Origin: Squalus acanthias
Taxonomy: Eukaryota
Direction of reading: 5' to 3'
Assembly (NCBI GenBank): GCA_030390025.1
Contig: JASTWF010000034.1
Coordinates: forward strand, 558,001 to 622,000
Length of the DNA: 64,000 bases
Position 1 is the stretch's first letter. Each line of letters begins with the position of its first letter. The notes beneath the pieces were generated by a model. It was given only the letters and a program-made list of their open reading frames with translations, did no database searches and was not told the DNA's origin. Positions 37,336 to 50,384 of the stretch are shown here, piece after piece. Made by a program: the position numbers and the translations under genes.

Positions 37336-37705
37336 TATATATCTATATCTATATCTATATCTATATCTCAAAAAAAGTGTTTCCACTTCTGGGGAAGAGC
37401 AAAACTCGAGTCCTTCAAAATAAGATAGTCATCAAGAAAACAACTAGGGCATTCAGAAGAAACTTCTTTACCCAGAGAGTGGTGAGAATGTGGAACTCGC
37501 TACCACAGGGAGTGGTTGAAGCAAATAGTATCGATGCATTTAAGGGGAGACTAGACAAGCATATGAGGGAGAAGGGAATAGAGGGTTATGCTGATAGTTA
37601 GATGAGGAAACATGGGAGGAGGGTCGTGTGGAGCATAAACACCGGCATGGAATGGTTGGGCCAAATGGCCTGTTTCTGTGCCGTATATCCTGTGTAATGT
37701 AATCC

Positions 37706-38350
37706 TAACCTGTGCTGTACCTGCCCTGGGAGTGTTTGATGGGACAGTGTAGAGGGAGCTTTACTCTGTATCTAACCCGTGCTTTACCTGCCCTGGGAGT
37801 GTTTGATGGGACAGTGTAGAGGGAGCTTTACTCTGTATCTAACCCGTGCTGTACCTGCCCTGGGAGAGTTTGATGGGACAGTTTAGATGGAGCTTTACTC
37901 TGTATCTAACCCGTGCTGTACTTGCCCTGGGAGTGTTTGATGGGACAGTGTAGAGGGAGCTTTACTCTGTATCTAACCCGTGCTTTACCTGCCCTGGGAG
38001 TGTTTGATGGGACAGTGTAGAGGGAGCTTTACTCTGTATCTAACCCGTGCTGTACCTGCCCTGGGAGAGTTTGATGGGACAGTGTAGAGGGAGCTTTACT
38101 CTGTATCTAACCCGTGCTGTACCTGCCCTGGGAGTGTTTGATGGGACAGTGTAGAGGGAGCTTTACTCTGTATCTAACCCGTGCTGTACCTGCCCTGGGA
38201 GTGTTTGATGGGACAGTGTAGAGGGAGCTTTACTCTGAATCTAACACATGCTGTTCCTGCCCTGGGAGTGTTTGATGGGATAGTGTAGAGGGAGCTTTAC
38301 TCTGTATCTAACCCATGCTGTACCTGACTGGAGATAGTTTGATGGGACAC
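37706..38350. repeat. 67-bp tandem repeat (~9.5 copies)
   Basis: Same unit as 30053; period 67 (37767 to 37834). Confidence 0.96.
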
Positions 38351-38504
38351 GTGGTGTTTGCCTCGATGATCACAATATTTAACCCAAAGCCGATGTGATA
38401 TAAACCGATCAGCTTCTTAATGGAGTATTAAAGTTGGTGACACTGGATACTTGAACCTGCAAATTAATAGGACGAGGGGTTCGCTTGAATCTTACACTCT
38501 CAGT

Positions 38505-38925
38505 CTCTCTTCTCTACTCCTTTCAAAGTTTTACCATTTCATGTATATTTATTAGATTTTAGGAGGAAGAAAAATGTATCACCTCCCATTTCTCTGCGTT
38601 AATCTTCATCTGCCATCTACCTGCCCCATTTATAACCTGTGTATTCACTGAAGTCACTGACAGGCCTTTCACAGTTGGCCATTGTTCCTTTTTTGGTGTC
38701 ATCGAGAGACTTTGGTCTCGTGCCCCATAAACCCAAGCCCAGAACATTTCTCTATATTGAGAAGAGCAATGGTGCCAACACTGACCCTGGGGGACACCAC
38801 TGTTCACATCCCTCCAGTCTGAAGAACATCCATTAACCACAAATCTGTTCTCTGCCCTTTACCCAACTTCCTATCCGCGCTGCCCCACTCCCTTTAATAC
38901 CCTGAGCCTTAATTTGATCAACAAG
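38505..38925 (-). mobile_element. Old degraded CR1 RT fragment
   Basis: VNGCSSDWRDVNSGVPQG; WQMKINAEKWEVIHF. Confidence 0.75.
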
Positions 38926-38939
38926 CCTCCGGCCCTCAC

Positions 38940-39267
38940 CCGTGTTGTTGATGAGGAGCAGCCGCTCCGGAGGTCCGTCCTGGTCCTGGCCACCGGTGAC
39001 CGAGCTCAGCACCCGCTGCACCTCCTCTGCCTCACTGAGCTTGGCTTCCACACGGCTCACCCTCAACCCGCCGCCCAGCAGAGCCGCTGCTTCCAGCACC
39101 TGGCGCTCCACCTCCCGCAGGTTATCCCCAGACTTGGCCATCAGCACCAGGTGGGAGCCAGCCCGCAGCCTTGGAGCCAGCACCAGGGACAGCCTCTTCC
39201 CCAGACCCCTGGAGGCGCCCATGATGATGCACAGGCTCTTGCCGAGGTCCCTCAGTCCTCCATCCAT
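38940..39267 (-). pseudogene. SPR: Sepiapterin reductase exon 1 (SDR Rossmann-fold N-terminus), orphan and probably pseudogenic
   Basis: MDGGLRDLGKSLCIIMGASRGLGKRLSLVLAPRLRAGSHLVLMAK...LRVSRVEAKLS...ERLLLINNT(G) aligns by eye with vertebrate SPR (GRAVCLLTGASRGFG...RLLLINNAG). Ends in a phase-1 donor g|gtgagg at 38940/38939. Confidence 0.85.
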
Positions 39268-39384
39268 CCTCGCCACTTCCTCTTGCATCAGATCCGACTC
39301 CTGCTGATCTGTATCTTGTCAGCACCAGCCATCTGCACTTTGATCAGATTGGGCAACTGGCCAATATTGTTGCAGTCTAGAATT

Positions 39385-40535
39385 TTTTTTAATTCATTCT
39401 CGGGATGTGAGCGTCACTGGTAAAGCCAGTATTTATTGCCCATCCCTAGTTGCCCTCAAGAAAAGAATGAGAATTAGGAGCAGGAGTGGGCCATACGGCC
39501 CCTCGAGCCTGCTCCACCATTCAATAAGATCATGGCTGATCATCGACCTCAACTCCACTTTCCCGCCCGATCTCCATATCCCTTGATTCCAAAAATCTAT
39601 CTATCTCAGCCTTGAATATACTCAACGACTTTCTCCATAGCACTTTGGGGCAGAGAATTCCAAAGATTCACAACCCTCTGAGTGAAGAAATTCCTCCTCA
39701 TCTCAGTCTTAAATGGCCGACCGCTTATCCTGAGACTATGCCCCCTAGTTCTTGACTCTCCAGCCAGGGGAAACAACCTCTCAGCATCTACCCTGTCAAT
39801 CCCCTTCAGAATCTTATGTTTCAATGAGATCACTTCTCATTCTTCTAAACTCCAGAGAGTATAGGCCCATTCTACACAATCTCTTATCATAGGACAGCCC
39901 TCTCTTCCCAGGAATCAATCTGGTGAACCTTCGTTGCACCGCCTCCAAGGCAAGTATATCCTTCCTAGATAAGGAGACCAAAACTGTGCACAGTACTCCA
40001 GGTGTGGTCTCACCAAGGCCCTGTACAATTGTGGCAAGACTTCCTGACTCTTATACTCCAACCCCCTTGCAATAAAGACCAACATGCCATTTGCCTTCCT
40101 AATTGCTTGCTGTGTTTCTTGCACGAGGACACCTAAATCTCTGAACACCAACATTTAATAGATTCTCACCATTTAAAAAATATTCTGTTTTTCTATTCTT
40201 CTTACCCTAGTGAATAACCTCACATTTCCCCACATTATACTCCATCTGCCACCTTACTGCCCACTCAGTTAACCTGTCTATATCCCTGAGAAGGTGGTGG
40301 TGAGCCGCCTTCTTGAACCACTGCAGTCCGTGTGGTGAATTGTAGCAGTTTGTGACAACTGAGTGACTCGCTCGGCCATTTCAGAGGGCAGTTAAGAGTC
40401 AACCACATTGTCTGGAGTCACCAATAGGCCAGACCGGGTAAGGACGGCAGATTGCCTTCCCTAAAGGACATTAGTGAACCCGATGGGTTTTAACAACAAT
40501 CCGGTCGTTTCATGGTCACCATTACTGATACAAAT
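39385..40535 (-). mobile_element. Family-B-tailed SINE-like element split by a CR1 fragment (39463-40286)
   Basis: Tail 39385-39462 resumes at 40287 (gagaaggtggtggtgagccg). The intervening sequence is CR1 3' ORF2 (LEYCAQFWSP, NFFTQRVVNLWNSLP). Confidence 0.82.
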
Positions 40536-43500
40536 CCCCTCTAAACCTCCTGCCCCTTACCTTGAAACTATGCCCCCTGGTTATTGACTCCTCTACTAAG
40601 GGGAAAAGTTCCTTTCTATCTACCCTATCGATGCCCCTCATAATTTTGTACACCTCAATCAGGCCCCCCTCAGCCTTCTCTGCTCTAAGGAAAACAACCC
40701 CAGCCTGTCCAGTCTCTCTTCATAGCTGAAGCGCTCCAGCCCAGGTAACATCCTGGTGAATCTCCTCTGCACCCTCTCCAATGCAATCACATCCTTCCTA
40801 TAGTGTGGCGACCAGAACTGCACACAGTATTCCAGCTGTGGCTGAACTAGCGTTTTGTACAGCTCCATCATAACCTCCCTGCTCTGATATTCTATGCCTC
40901 GGCTAATGAAGGCAAGTATCCCATATGCCTTTTTAACCACCTTATCTACCTGTCCTGCTGCCTTCAGGGATCTATGTACATGTACACTAAGGTCCCTCTG
41001 ATCCTCTCTCCTTCCTAGGGTCCTACCATTCATTGTGTATTCCCTTGCCTTGTTAGTCCTCCCAAAATGTATGACCTCACACTTTTCAGGGTTAAATTCC
41101 ATTTGCCACTGTTCTGCCCATCTAACCAACCCGTCTATATCGTCCTGATAGGGCCTGATAATCTACATCCTAGGGTACTTAAGGAAGTGGCCCTAGAAAT
41201 AGTAGATGCATTGCTGGTCATCTTCCAAAATTCTATAGACTCTGGAACAGTTCCCATGGATTGGAGGGTAGCTAATGTAACCCCACTATTTAAAAAAGGT
41301 GGGAGAGAGAACACGGGGAATTATAGACCGGTAAGCCTGACATCGGTAGTGGGGAAAATGCTAGAGTCCATTATAAAAGATGTAATAGCAGAGCACTTGA
41401 AAACAGTGACAGGATCGGACAAAGTCAACATGGATTTACAAAAGGTAAATCATGCTTGACTAATCTACTGGAATTTTTTGAGGATGTAACTGGTAGAATA
41501 GATAAGGGAGAACCAGTGGATGTGGTGTATTTGGACTTTCAGAAGGCTTTCGATAAGGTCCCGCATAAGAGATTGGTGTGCAAAGTTAAAGCACATGGGA
41601 TTGGGGGTAAGGCACTGACTTGGATAGAGAACTGGTTGGCAGACAGGAAGCAAAGAGTTGGAATAAACGGGTCTTTTTCCGAGTGGCAGGCAGTGACTAG
41701 TGGGGTACTGCAGGGATCGGTGCTCGGACCCCAGTTATTCACAATATATATTAATGATCTAGACGAGGGAACTAGATGTAATATCTCCAAGTTTGCAGCC
41801 GACACAAAGCTGGGTAGGCGTGTGTGTTGTGAGGAGGATGCAGAGAAACTCCAGTATGATTTGGACAAGTTGGGTGATTGGGCAGATGCATGGCAGATGC
41901 AGTATAATGTGGATAAATGCGAGGTTATCCACTTTGGTGGCAAAAACAGGAAGGCAGATTATTATCTGAACGGCAATAGATTGGGAAAAGGGGAAGTGCA
42001 ACGAGACCTGGGAGTCCTTGTGCACCAGTTGTTTAAGGTAAGCATGCAGGTGCAGCAGGCGGTTAAGAAGGCAAATGGTATGTTGGCCTTCATAGCGAGA
42101 GGATTCGAGTACAGGAGCAAGGATGTCTTGCTGCAGTTGTACAGGGCCTTGGTGAGACCACACCTTGAGTATTGTGTGCAGTTTTGGTCACCTTATCTGA
42201 GGAAAGATGTTCTTGCCATGGAGGGAGTGCAGCGAAGATTCACAAGGCTGATACCTGGGATGGCAGGAATGACGTATGAAGAGAGATTGGGACGATTGGG
42301 CTTGTATTCACTAGAGTTTAGAAGAATGAGAGGGGATCTCATTGAAACTTATAAAATTCTAACAGGACTAGACAGACTAGATGCAGGGAGGATGTTCCCG
42401 ATGGCAGGGGAGTCCAGAACCAGGGGTCACAGTCTAAGGATAAGGGGTAAGCCATTTAGGACTGAGATGAGGAGGAATTTCTTCACCCAGAGAGTGGTGA
42501 ACCTGTGGAATTCTCTACCACAGAAGGCAGTTGAGGCCAATTCATTAAATATATTCATGAAGGAGTTAGATATATTTCTTAAGGCTAAAGGGATCAAGGG
42601 ATATGGGGAGAAGGCAGGGACAGGGTACTGAATTTGGATGATCAGCCATGATCTCATTAAATGGCAGAGCACGCTAGAGGGGCCGAATGGCCTACTCCTG
42701 CTCCTATCTTCTATGTTTCTATGTCCTGTAGCCTAAGGATTCCCTCCTCGCTATTTACCACTCCACCAATTTTCGTGTCATCTGCAAACTTACTGATCAT
42801 ACGTCCTACATTCATATCTAAATCATTAATGTACACTACAAACAGCAAAGGACCCAGCACCGATCCCTGCGGTACACCACTGGACACAGGCTTCCAGTCA
42901 CAAAAACAACATTCGACCATCACCCTCTGCCTCCTGCCACTAAGCCAATTTTGGATCCAATGTGCCAAATTGCCCTGGATCCCATGGGCTCTTACCTTCT
43001 TGACAAGTCTCCCATGCGGGACTTTGTCAAAAGCCTTACTGAAGTCCATGTACACTACATCAACTGCACTACCCTCATCCACACACCTAGTCACCCCCTC
43101 GAAAAATTCAATCAAATTGGTTAGACATGATCTCCCCCTGACAAAGCCATGCTGACTATCCTTGATTAACCCTTGCCTCTCCAAGTGGAGACTAATTCTG
43201 TCCCTCAGAATTTTTCCCAATAATTTCCCTACCACTGATGTTAGGCTCACTGGCCTGTAATCCCTGGTTTATCCCTACTACACTTCTTGAATAATGTTAC
43301 TACGTTAGCTGTTCTCCAGTCCTCTGGCACCTCCCCTGTGGCCAGAGAGGTTCTGAAAATTTGTGTCAGAGCCCCTGCAATCTCCTCCCTTGCCTCACAC
43401 AGCAGCCTGGGATACATCTCGTCAGGGCCTGGGGATTTATCCACTTTTAAGCCCACTAAAACCAGCAGTACCTCCTCCCTCTCGATGCCAATTTGTTCAA

Positions 43501-44336
43501 GTATATCACAATCCCCCTGCCTGATTTCTATGCCTACATCGTCCTTCTCCATAGTGAACACAGATGCAAAATATTCATTTAAAACCTCACCTACATCTTC
43601 CGGCTCTACACACAGATTGCCACTTTGGTCCCTAATGGGCTCTACTCTTTCCCTGCTTATCCTCTTGCCCTTAATATACTTATAAAACACCTTGGGATTT
43701 TCCTTTATTTTGCCCACCAGTGTTTTTTCATGCCCCCTCTTCGCTCTCTTAATTCGTTTTTTAAGTACCCCCCTGCACTTTCTATACTCCTCTGGGGCTT
43801 CCACTGTTTTTAGTCCTTTGTATCTGCCAAAAGCCTCCCTTTTTTTCCTTATCCATTTTTGTATATATCTTGACATCCAGGGTTCCCTGGGTTCGTTGGT
43901 TCCACCCTTGACCTTTACGGGAACATGTTGGCATTGTACTCTCTCTATTTCCTTTCTGAAAGACTCCCACTGCTCTGATGTGGATTTTCCTACAAGTAGC
44001 TGATCCCAGTCCACTTTGGCCAGATCCTGCCTTATCATATTAAAATCGGCATTCCCCCAATTTAGAACCTTTATTTCTGGTCCATCTTTGTCCTTTTCCA
44101 TGACTACCTTAAATCTCACCAAATTATGGTCACTGTCACCAAAATGCTCTCCTACTGACACCTCTACCACTTGCCCGGCTACATTCCCTAGAATTAGTTC
44201 CAGTACCGCCCCCTCTCTTGCAGGACTTTCTACATGCTGGCTCAAAAAGCTCTCCTGGATGCACTTTAAGAATTCCGCACCCTCTAAGCCTTTCACACTC
44301 TGACTATCCCAGTTAATATTGGGGAAGTTGAAATTG
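40535..44336 (-). mobile_element. CR1 ORF2 (host element) split by a younger CR1
   Basis: ORFs 43247-44341, 42711-43250 and 40659-41129 are colinear parts of one ORF2. Confidence 0.92.
41148..42722 (+). mobile_element. Nested young family-A CR1 with a 6-bp TSD (gtcctg)
   Basis: ORF 41456-42631 is very similar to the 16.5-kb element; gtcctg at 41142-41147 and 42723-42728. Confidence 0.95.
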
Positions 44337-44341
44337 CTCAC

Positions 44342-45465
44342 TTTTTTATTCGTATATGGGATGTGGGCGTTGCTGGCGAGGCCAGCATTTATTGCCCATC
44401 CCTAATTGCCCTTGGGAAGGTGGTGGTGAGCCGCCTTCTTGAACCGCTGCAGTCCGTGTGGTGAAGGTACTCCCACAGTGCTGTTAGGGAGGGAGTTCCA
44501 GGATTTTGACCCAGCGACGATGAAGGATCGGTGATATACTTCTAAGTCAGGATGGTGTGTGACTTGGAGGGGAACTTGCAGGTTGTGGTGTTCACATGCG
44601 CCTGCTGCCCTTGTCCTTCTTGGTGGAAGAGGTTGCAGGTTTGGGAGGTGCTGCCGAAGAAGCCTTGGCGAGTTGCTGCAGTGCATCTTGTAGATGGTAC
44701 ACACTGCAGCCACGGTACGTCGGTGGTGGAGGGAGTGACTGTTTAAGGTGGTGGATGGGCTGCCAATCAAGCGGGCTGCTTTGTCCTCGATGGAGTCAAG
44801 CTTCTTGAGTGTTGTTGGAGCTGCACTCATCCAGGCAAGTGGAGAGTATTCCATCACACTCCTGACTTGTGCCTTGTAGATGATGGAAAGACTTTGGGGA
44901 GTCAGGAGGTGAGACACTCGCCGCAGAATACCCAGCCTCTGACCTGCTCTTGTTGCCACAGTATTTATGTGGCTGGTCCAGTTAAGTTTCTGGTCAATGA
45001 TGACCCCCAGGATGTTGATTGGGGGGAGGGGGGATTCGGCGATGATAATGCCATTGAATCTCAAGGGGAGGTGGTTAGACTCTCGCTTGTTGGAGATAGT
45101 CATTGCCTGGCACTTCTGTGGCGCGAATGTTACCTGCCACTTATCAGCCCAAGCCTGAACGTCGTCCAGGTCCTGTTGCATGCAAGCATGGACTGCTTCA
45201 TTATCTGAGGAGTTGTGAATGGCGCTGAACACTGTGCAGTCATCAGCGAACATCCCCATTTCTGACCTTAAGTTGGAGGGAAGGTCATTGATGAAGCAGC
45301 TGAAGATAGTTGGGCCTAGGGCACTGCCCTGAGGAACTCCTGCAGCGATGTTCTGGGACTGTGATGATTGACCTTCAACCACCACAACTATCTTCCTTTG
45401 TGCTAGGTATGACTCCAGCCATTGGACAGTTTTCCCCCCGATTCCCATTGACTTCAGTTTTACTC
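44342..45465 (-). mobile_element. LINE family B 3' portion with RT C-terminus
   Basis: ORF 44402-45448: GVPQGSALGP, MFADDCT, INILGVIIDQKLNW. Confidence 0.9.
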
Positions 45466-45589
45466 GGGTTTTTCTCTCTATCTACCCTATCAACTCCTTT
45501 AATATTCTTAAACACCTCAATTAGATCACCCCTTAATCTTCTATATTCATGGAAATACAAGCCTAGTCTGTGCAACCTGTCCTCATAAT

Positions 45590-45720
45590 TTACAAATGTC
45601 ATCTCTGGAAGTACAGGATAGAAATTCTGAACAGACAGTTCTAGTTTCTCGGGAACATTCTTTCCTCTCTTGCCCCTCCTAAGCTGTAAATCCCCCGTCC
45701 CACACACCCTCTCATCGCCT
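45590..45720 (-). pseudogene. Relic of the ZNF-gene intron 3' region, cut just before the acceptor and fused to a CR1 fragment (45467-45589)
   Basis: Minus-strand agaaactagaactgtctgttcagaatttctatcctgtacttccagagatgacatttgtaaa matches 26428-26488. Confidence 0.75.
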
Positions 45721-46054
45721 CATCCTCGCCGTTTGAAATCCAAATTCATCGCAGGCTCTGAATTTTCTCCCTTTCTCTCCTGAAGGTGCTGCGTGATGGT
45801 GGGGTTCGGCCCCAGTCACTGTCTGCCCTCCAGTACCTCTCCGAGTGGTAATTCTGAGCTGCGATCCTATACTGAAGGTGCTGTGTGATGGTGGGGTTCG
45901 GCCCCAGTCACTGTTTGCCCTCCAGTACTTTGCCAAGTGCTAATTCTGAGCTTGTGGGCCGATACAGTGAGCTGCCAGCATTTCGACCATGGGGAGCATC
46001 TCAGCCGCCGGCCCTGGCTGATTCTGTCTGGCAAAGTTGAGGCCTATAATAGCA

Positions 46055-46320
46055 CAGCAACAACAACTTGCATTTACATAGCGCCTTTAACACAGTAAAA
46101 TGTTCCAAGGTGCTTCACAAGGGCGGAATCAGTCAAAAATTGACACCGAGCCATTAGAACTGGTGCCTAAAAGCTTGGTCAAAGATCTTACGTCCTCGGC
46201 AACTGTAGGAATGGCCGCCAATGGTGGAGCAAAGGAAGTGGGGGTTGCACAAGAGGCCAGAGTTGGAGGAGCGCAGAGGTCTCTTGTAAGGTTGGAGGAT
46301 GAGAATTTTAAAGGCTGAAG
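46055..46320 (-). mobile_element. L2-type LINE 3' fragment
   Basis: Minus-strand aaaggcgctatgtaaatgcaagttgttgttg tail, same as the SINE tail at 46870-46900; upstream RPLRSSNSGLL is L2 C-terminus-like. Confidence 0.65.
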
Positions 46321-46434
46321 TCACCAAAATAGAAAGCAGTCTCCCCCAGTACAGAATGTGACTCACTACTAACAGGAAGGATGTTACTTTAACTACTATC
46401 GGTGCAGAGAGGTGAGTCATTGTCTTTGTGTCAG

Positions 46435-46901
46435 GCCGTGGGCTCAGTTGGTAGCACCCTCGCCTCTGAGTCAGTAAGGGCTTGTGGGGTCAAGTTCCCA
46501 CTCCAGAGACTTGAGCACAAAAATCTGGGCTGACACTCCAGTGCAGTACTGAGGGAATGCTGCACTGTCGGAGATGCTGTCTTTTGGATGAGATGTTAAA
46601 CCGAGGTCCCGTCTGCTCTTTCGGGTGATGTAAAAGATCCCAGGGCTGTATTTCGAAGAAGAGCAGGGGAGTTATCCCCGGTGTCCTGGCCAATATTTAT
46701 CCCTCAATCAACATCACTAAAACAGATTACCTGGTCATTATCACATTGCTGTTTGTGGGAGCTTGCTGTGCACAAACTGGGTGCCGTGTTTCCTCCATCA
46801 TAACAGTGACTACACCTCAAAAAGTACTTCATTGGCTATAAAGCGCTTTGGGAGGTCCGGTGGTCGTGAAAGGCGCTATATAAATGCAAGTCTTTCTTTC
46901 T
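46435..46901 (+). mobile_element. SacSINE1/DeuSINE-type SINE (tRNA head, Deu domain, L2-like tail)
   Basis: Head gctcagttggtagcacc; Deu core gagatgttaaaccgaggtccc...gtaaaagatccc...gaagaagagcaggggagtt...tcctggccaatattta; tail aaaggcgctatataaatgcaagtctttctttc. Confidence 0.85.
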
Positions 46902-47089
46902 CTAAATATCACAAACAGATGCACAATGAGGGGAAATCAATCTCTGTACCTTTAACTAACAGCGACATGGAGCGAGGGAAATGAATGAGCTTTAAACACC
47001 TGGTCCACTTGGCACTGAAGTGTCTGAAACGCAGACCCGGAACTGCAGGCAATCACAATACTGAACATGGCGGCTGCCCTTACCCAGAG

Positions 47090-47440
47090 TGCACATCGCG
47101 TGTGAATACGGCCTATCTCCAGCAGCAGGGGCGCAGTGCGCAGGCGCAGGAAGTGCTGGTTCCCGGAGACCGCCTTCCTGCGCGGAGCATGCGCGGTGCG
47201 GCTCGAGGAAACTGAGCGGGGATGAGCGCGGCCTCAGCAACACCGAGTGCGCGTCTCAGGCCCCGAATCAGAGCGGCCGGGCCCGGCACCAGGAAACCCA
47301 GGGTGCAGCGCCTCCCCCAGACAGGAGAAACCACAACTGGCATCGACACAGCAGAGCCGGCTTGTATCAGGGCGGGCGCTGGATGCGGAAGTCGGTCCCT
47401 GGCCGCCTGTGTCGGTCTTTTTGTTGCTTCAGTTTGAGCT
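47090..47440. promoter_or_regulatory. CpG-rich promoter-like region
   Basis: Dense CpG; NRF1-like tgcgcaggcgca and gcatgcgc (as near 13.02-13.07 kb and in the 25.4-kb arms); ETS-like cggaagt. Confidence 0.55.
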
Positions 47441-47654
47441 GGAGTGGAGATGGAGGAGAAGCTGCTGGGTTTAACCCCCAGTACTTCTGAGCCCAGGAGG
47501 ACCCAACAATTTCCAATGTGAGACTGTCAAGGGAGGTGGATTCTGGGGGAGATTAGCTTGTTCAACAGACACTGTCCCTACAATGTAAAAGACTATTGTT
47601 TCAGGAACAAGTATTTCTGTAGAGGCTTTTAATCCATTTTACATGTACAGATTT

Positions 47655-49090
47655 TTTATTCATTCTTGGGATGTGAACGTCGCTGGCAAGGCCAGCATTT
47701 ATTGCCCATCCCTAGTTGCCCATTGAGTAGGTGATGGTGAGCCGCCTTCTTGAACCTCTGCAGTCCGTGTGGTGAAGGTATACATAGATACATAGAAGAT
47801 AGGAGCAGGAGTAGGCCATCCGGCCCTTCGCGCCTGCTCCGCCATTTAATGAGATCATGGCTGATCCTCCAATTCAGTATCCCGTCCCCGCCTTCTCTCC
47901 GTAACCCTTAACCCCTTTTGCCTGTAGAAATATATCTAATTCCCTCTTAAATATATTTAATGAGCTGGCGTACACTGCCCTCTGTGGCAATGAGTTCCAC
48001 AGGTTCACCACCCTCTGAGTGAAGAAATTCCCCCTCATTTCTGTCCTAAATGGTTTAGCCCTTATCCTTAAATGATGTCCTCTAGTTCTGTTCTCACCCG
48101 CCAAGGGAAACATTCCTTCTGCATCTAGTCTGTCTAGACCTGTCAGAATTTTATACACTTCTATGAGGTCCCCTCTCAATCTTCTAAACTCCAGTGTGTA
48201 CATCCCTAAACTACATAGTCTCTCCTCATAGGTCAATCCCGCCATTCCTGGTATCAGCCTGGTGAATCGCCGCTGCACCCCCTCCATGGCAAGAACATCC
48301 TTCCTCAGATGAGGCGACCAAAACTGTACACAGTACTCGAGGTGTGGTCTCACCAGTGCCCTGTACAGCTGCAGCAAGGTATCCCTGTTCCTGTATTCCA
48401 ACCCTTTTGCTATGAAGGCCAGCATACCGTTTGCCTTCTTGACCGCCTGTTGCACCTGCATGCTCGCCTTCAGTGACTGGTGTACAAGAACACCCAGGTC
48501 TCTCTGTACCTCCCCCTCTCCCAATTTATTGCCATTTAAATAATAATTTGCCCTCCCGTTCCTGCACCCAAGGTGGATAACTTCGCACTTGTCCACATTA
48601 TAGTGCATCTGCCATTTATCCGCCCAATCACCCAGTCTGTCCAAATCGCTCTGGAGCTTCCTGGTCTCCTCCTCTGAGCCCACCCCCCCTCCTAGTTTAG
48701 TGTCGTCTGCAAATTTGGAAATGCTGCATCCGACTCCCTGATCCAGGTCATTAATGTAAATTGTGAACAGCTGGGGACCCAGGACAGATCCCTGCGGTAC
48801 CCCACTTGTTACTGCCTGCCATTCAGAAAATGAGCCGTTTATTCCAACTCTCTGTTTTCTATCTGACAGCCAGTTCTCTATCCACGTCAATACTTTCCCC
48901 TTTATCCCATGAGCTTCAGTGCTGTTAGGGAGGGAGTTCCAGGATTTTGACCCAGCGACGATGAAGGAACGGCAATCTATGTCCAAGTCAGGATGGTGTG
49001 TGACTTGCAGATGATGGTGTTCCCATGTACCTGCTGCTCTTTTCCTTCTAGGTGGTAGAAGTCGTGGGACAGGTAGGGTGGCAGGTTCCC
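47655..49090 (-). mobile_element. LINE family B 3' end split by a CR1 (47781-48916) with an intact RT frame
   Basis: Host ...gtggtgaaggta | cagtgctgttaggg... lacks ctccca relative to 15810 and 44466. Insert forms most of ORF 47874-49106 (FADD). Confidence 0.9.
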
Positions 49091-50384
49091 TTCCATAAGA
49101 ATACAAGAATTAGGAGCAGGAGTGGGCCATACGGTAAAAATGGGAAAATCTTTCCCAGCTCCGTCGGGAGTCAGAATCCCGTTAAAGATGGTTTCGGGCA
49201 GGGCTGGGCAATGATTGGGGCTGGAGGGCCACTTAACAAGTTGTGGTGAGCTGTTGAGGGCCGCACACCAATGTTGCCCCTGAGGTGCGCGGCTGCACGG
49301 TGGCGCAGCAATGGCGAGGCCCCGCGCAGGCCGCTCACCAGCTCCTGCCGCTGGGAGAGAAACCGCGCAGCACATTTAAAGGGACCGCGCACGTTGGTGA
49401 GAGCAAAGTGTTCAATTGGTGAATCGGAAACAGTCCGACTCTTAGTGTTGAGCATCGCACCACTTCTACCCTCCCAATAATTTATCAACATCAATTCAGA
49501 TAGTCCTCAGATACTATCTTAAATACACAGAATGTGGTGTAAGATAGTAAAATCTGCCGTTACTGAATGAATGAAATGAGTGATCGATCGATCGATGGAT
49601 TATATGTTGGACTGAAAGTCCACGTGGCTGGTTGGCAGAGCGGCTCGAGTCTTTTGAAGCACAAGTAGCTCTTTGTGGACACTGTTTCTGCTTCAAAAAA
49701 CTGAAGAACATCAGAAGTCATTAACGGAGACGGGCACAGCATGCCAGCTCAACAAATGGCACCAAAGAATGGTGGGATGTGGGTTTATGCCCATTCTCCC
49801 TCACACTGCAAATCCTTAATCCCCACTGGACTGTCGGGAAGAAAGAGGGGGGGTCAACAGAAAGTGAGCCTGTCCCCACAAGGAAGTACATTTGGAGGGT
49901 GAGAGCCCACGGGTCACAGTAGAACGGCAGGGTCAGAGCAAGCTGCCCACCTGTTCCCTCAGCTGAGAATGCTTTGGTTGTGTGCAGGGACCTAAAGAGA
50001 AAAAAACACACACAACAAAAAGTAAAAGGCCAAAGAAAACTTCAAAGGGTTTGCTTAAAGTAAGAAAATACTATATTTGTAAAATAACTGCAGGTAGTTC
50101 TTTGGCTAAACTCTTACTTAGTCAAACAATCATATTCCAATAAGTGATATTGCAGCTTGCTGTTGATGATAATTAGAGATGTACTTTGTCGATAAATAGT
50201 GTACGAGGTTAAAAAGCAGAAAGCTTCCCATTTGGGGATTCATGTTGCTGCGGAACTGCTCAGGCTGTTTCCATCGTTATTTTATTGTCTTTTGGCCATT
50301 TTTAGTAGTTGTCCTTCTAGTTCAGATATGCTGGGGGTAATTTGAACCTCCCCCACCTGACTGGATTGAATTTCCTGCCCGTTT

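Larger units (their letters stand above)
34875..37705 (+). mobile_element. Older CR1 RT/3' fragment containing an internal minisatellite and a nested CR1
   Basis: [18 protein letters not shown](P)DDTK; host resumes at ~37372 (FPLLGKSKT...NFFTQRVVRMWNSLP). Confidence 0.88.

Noticed and set aside
47874..49106. 410-aa chimeric ORF as a novel gene (likewise 45375-45707, 41067-41459)
   Set aside because: Chance in-frame fusion across nested-insertion junctions.
49600..49992. Possible SPR exon 3 (ag|gtccc... and ...HVDF)
   Set aside because: Resemblance is weak, about twice the expected length, needs frameshifts, and lies upstream of exon 1.
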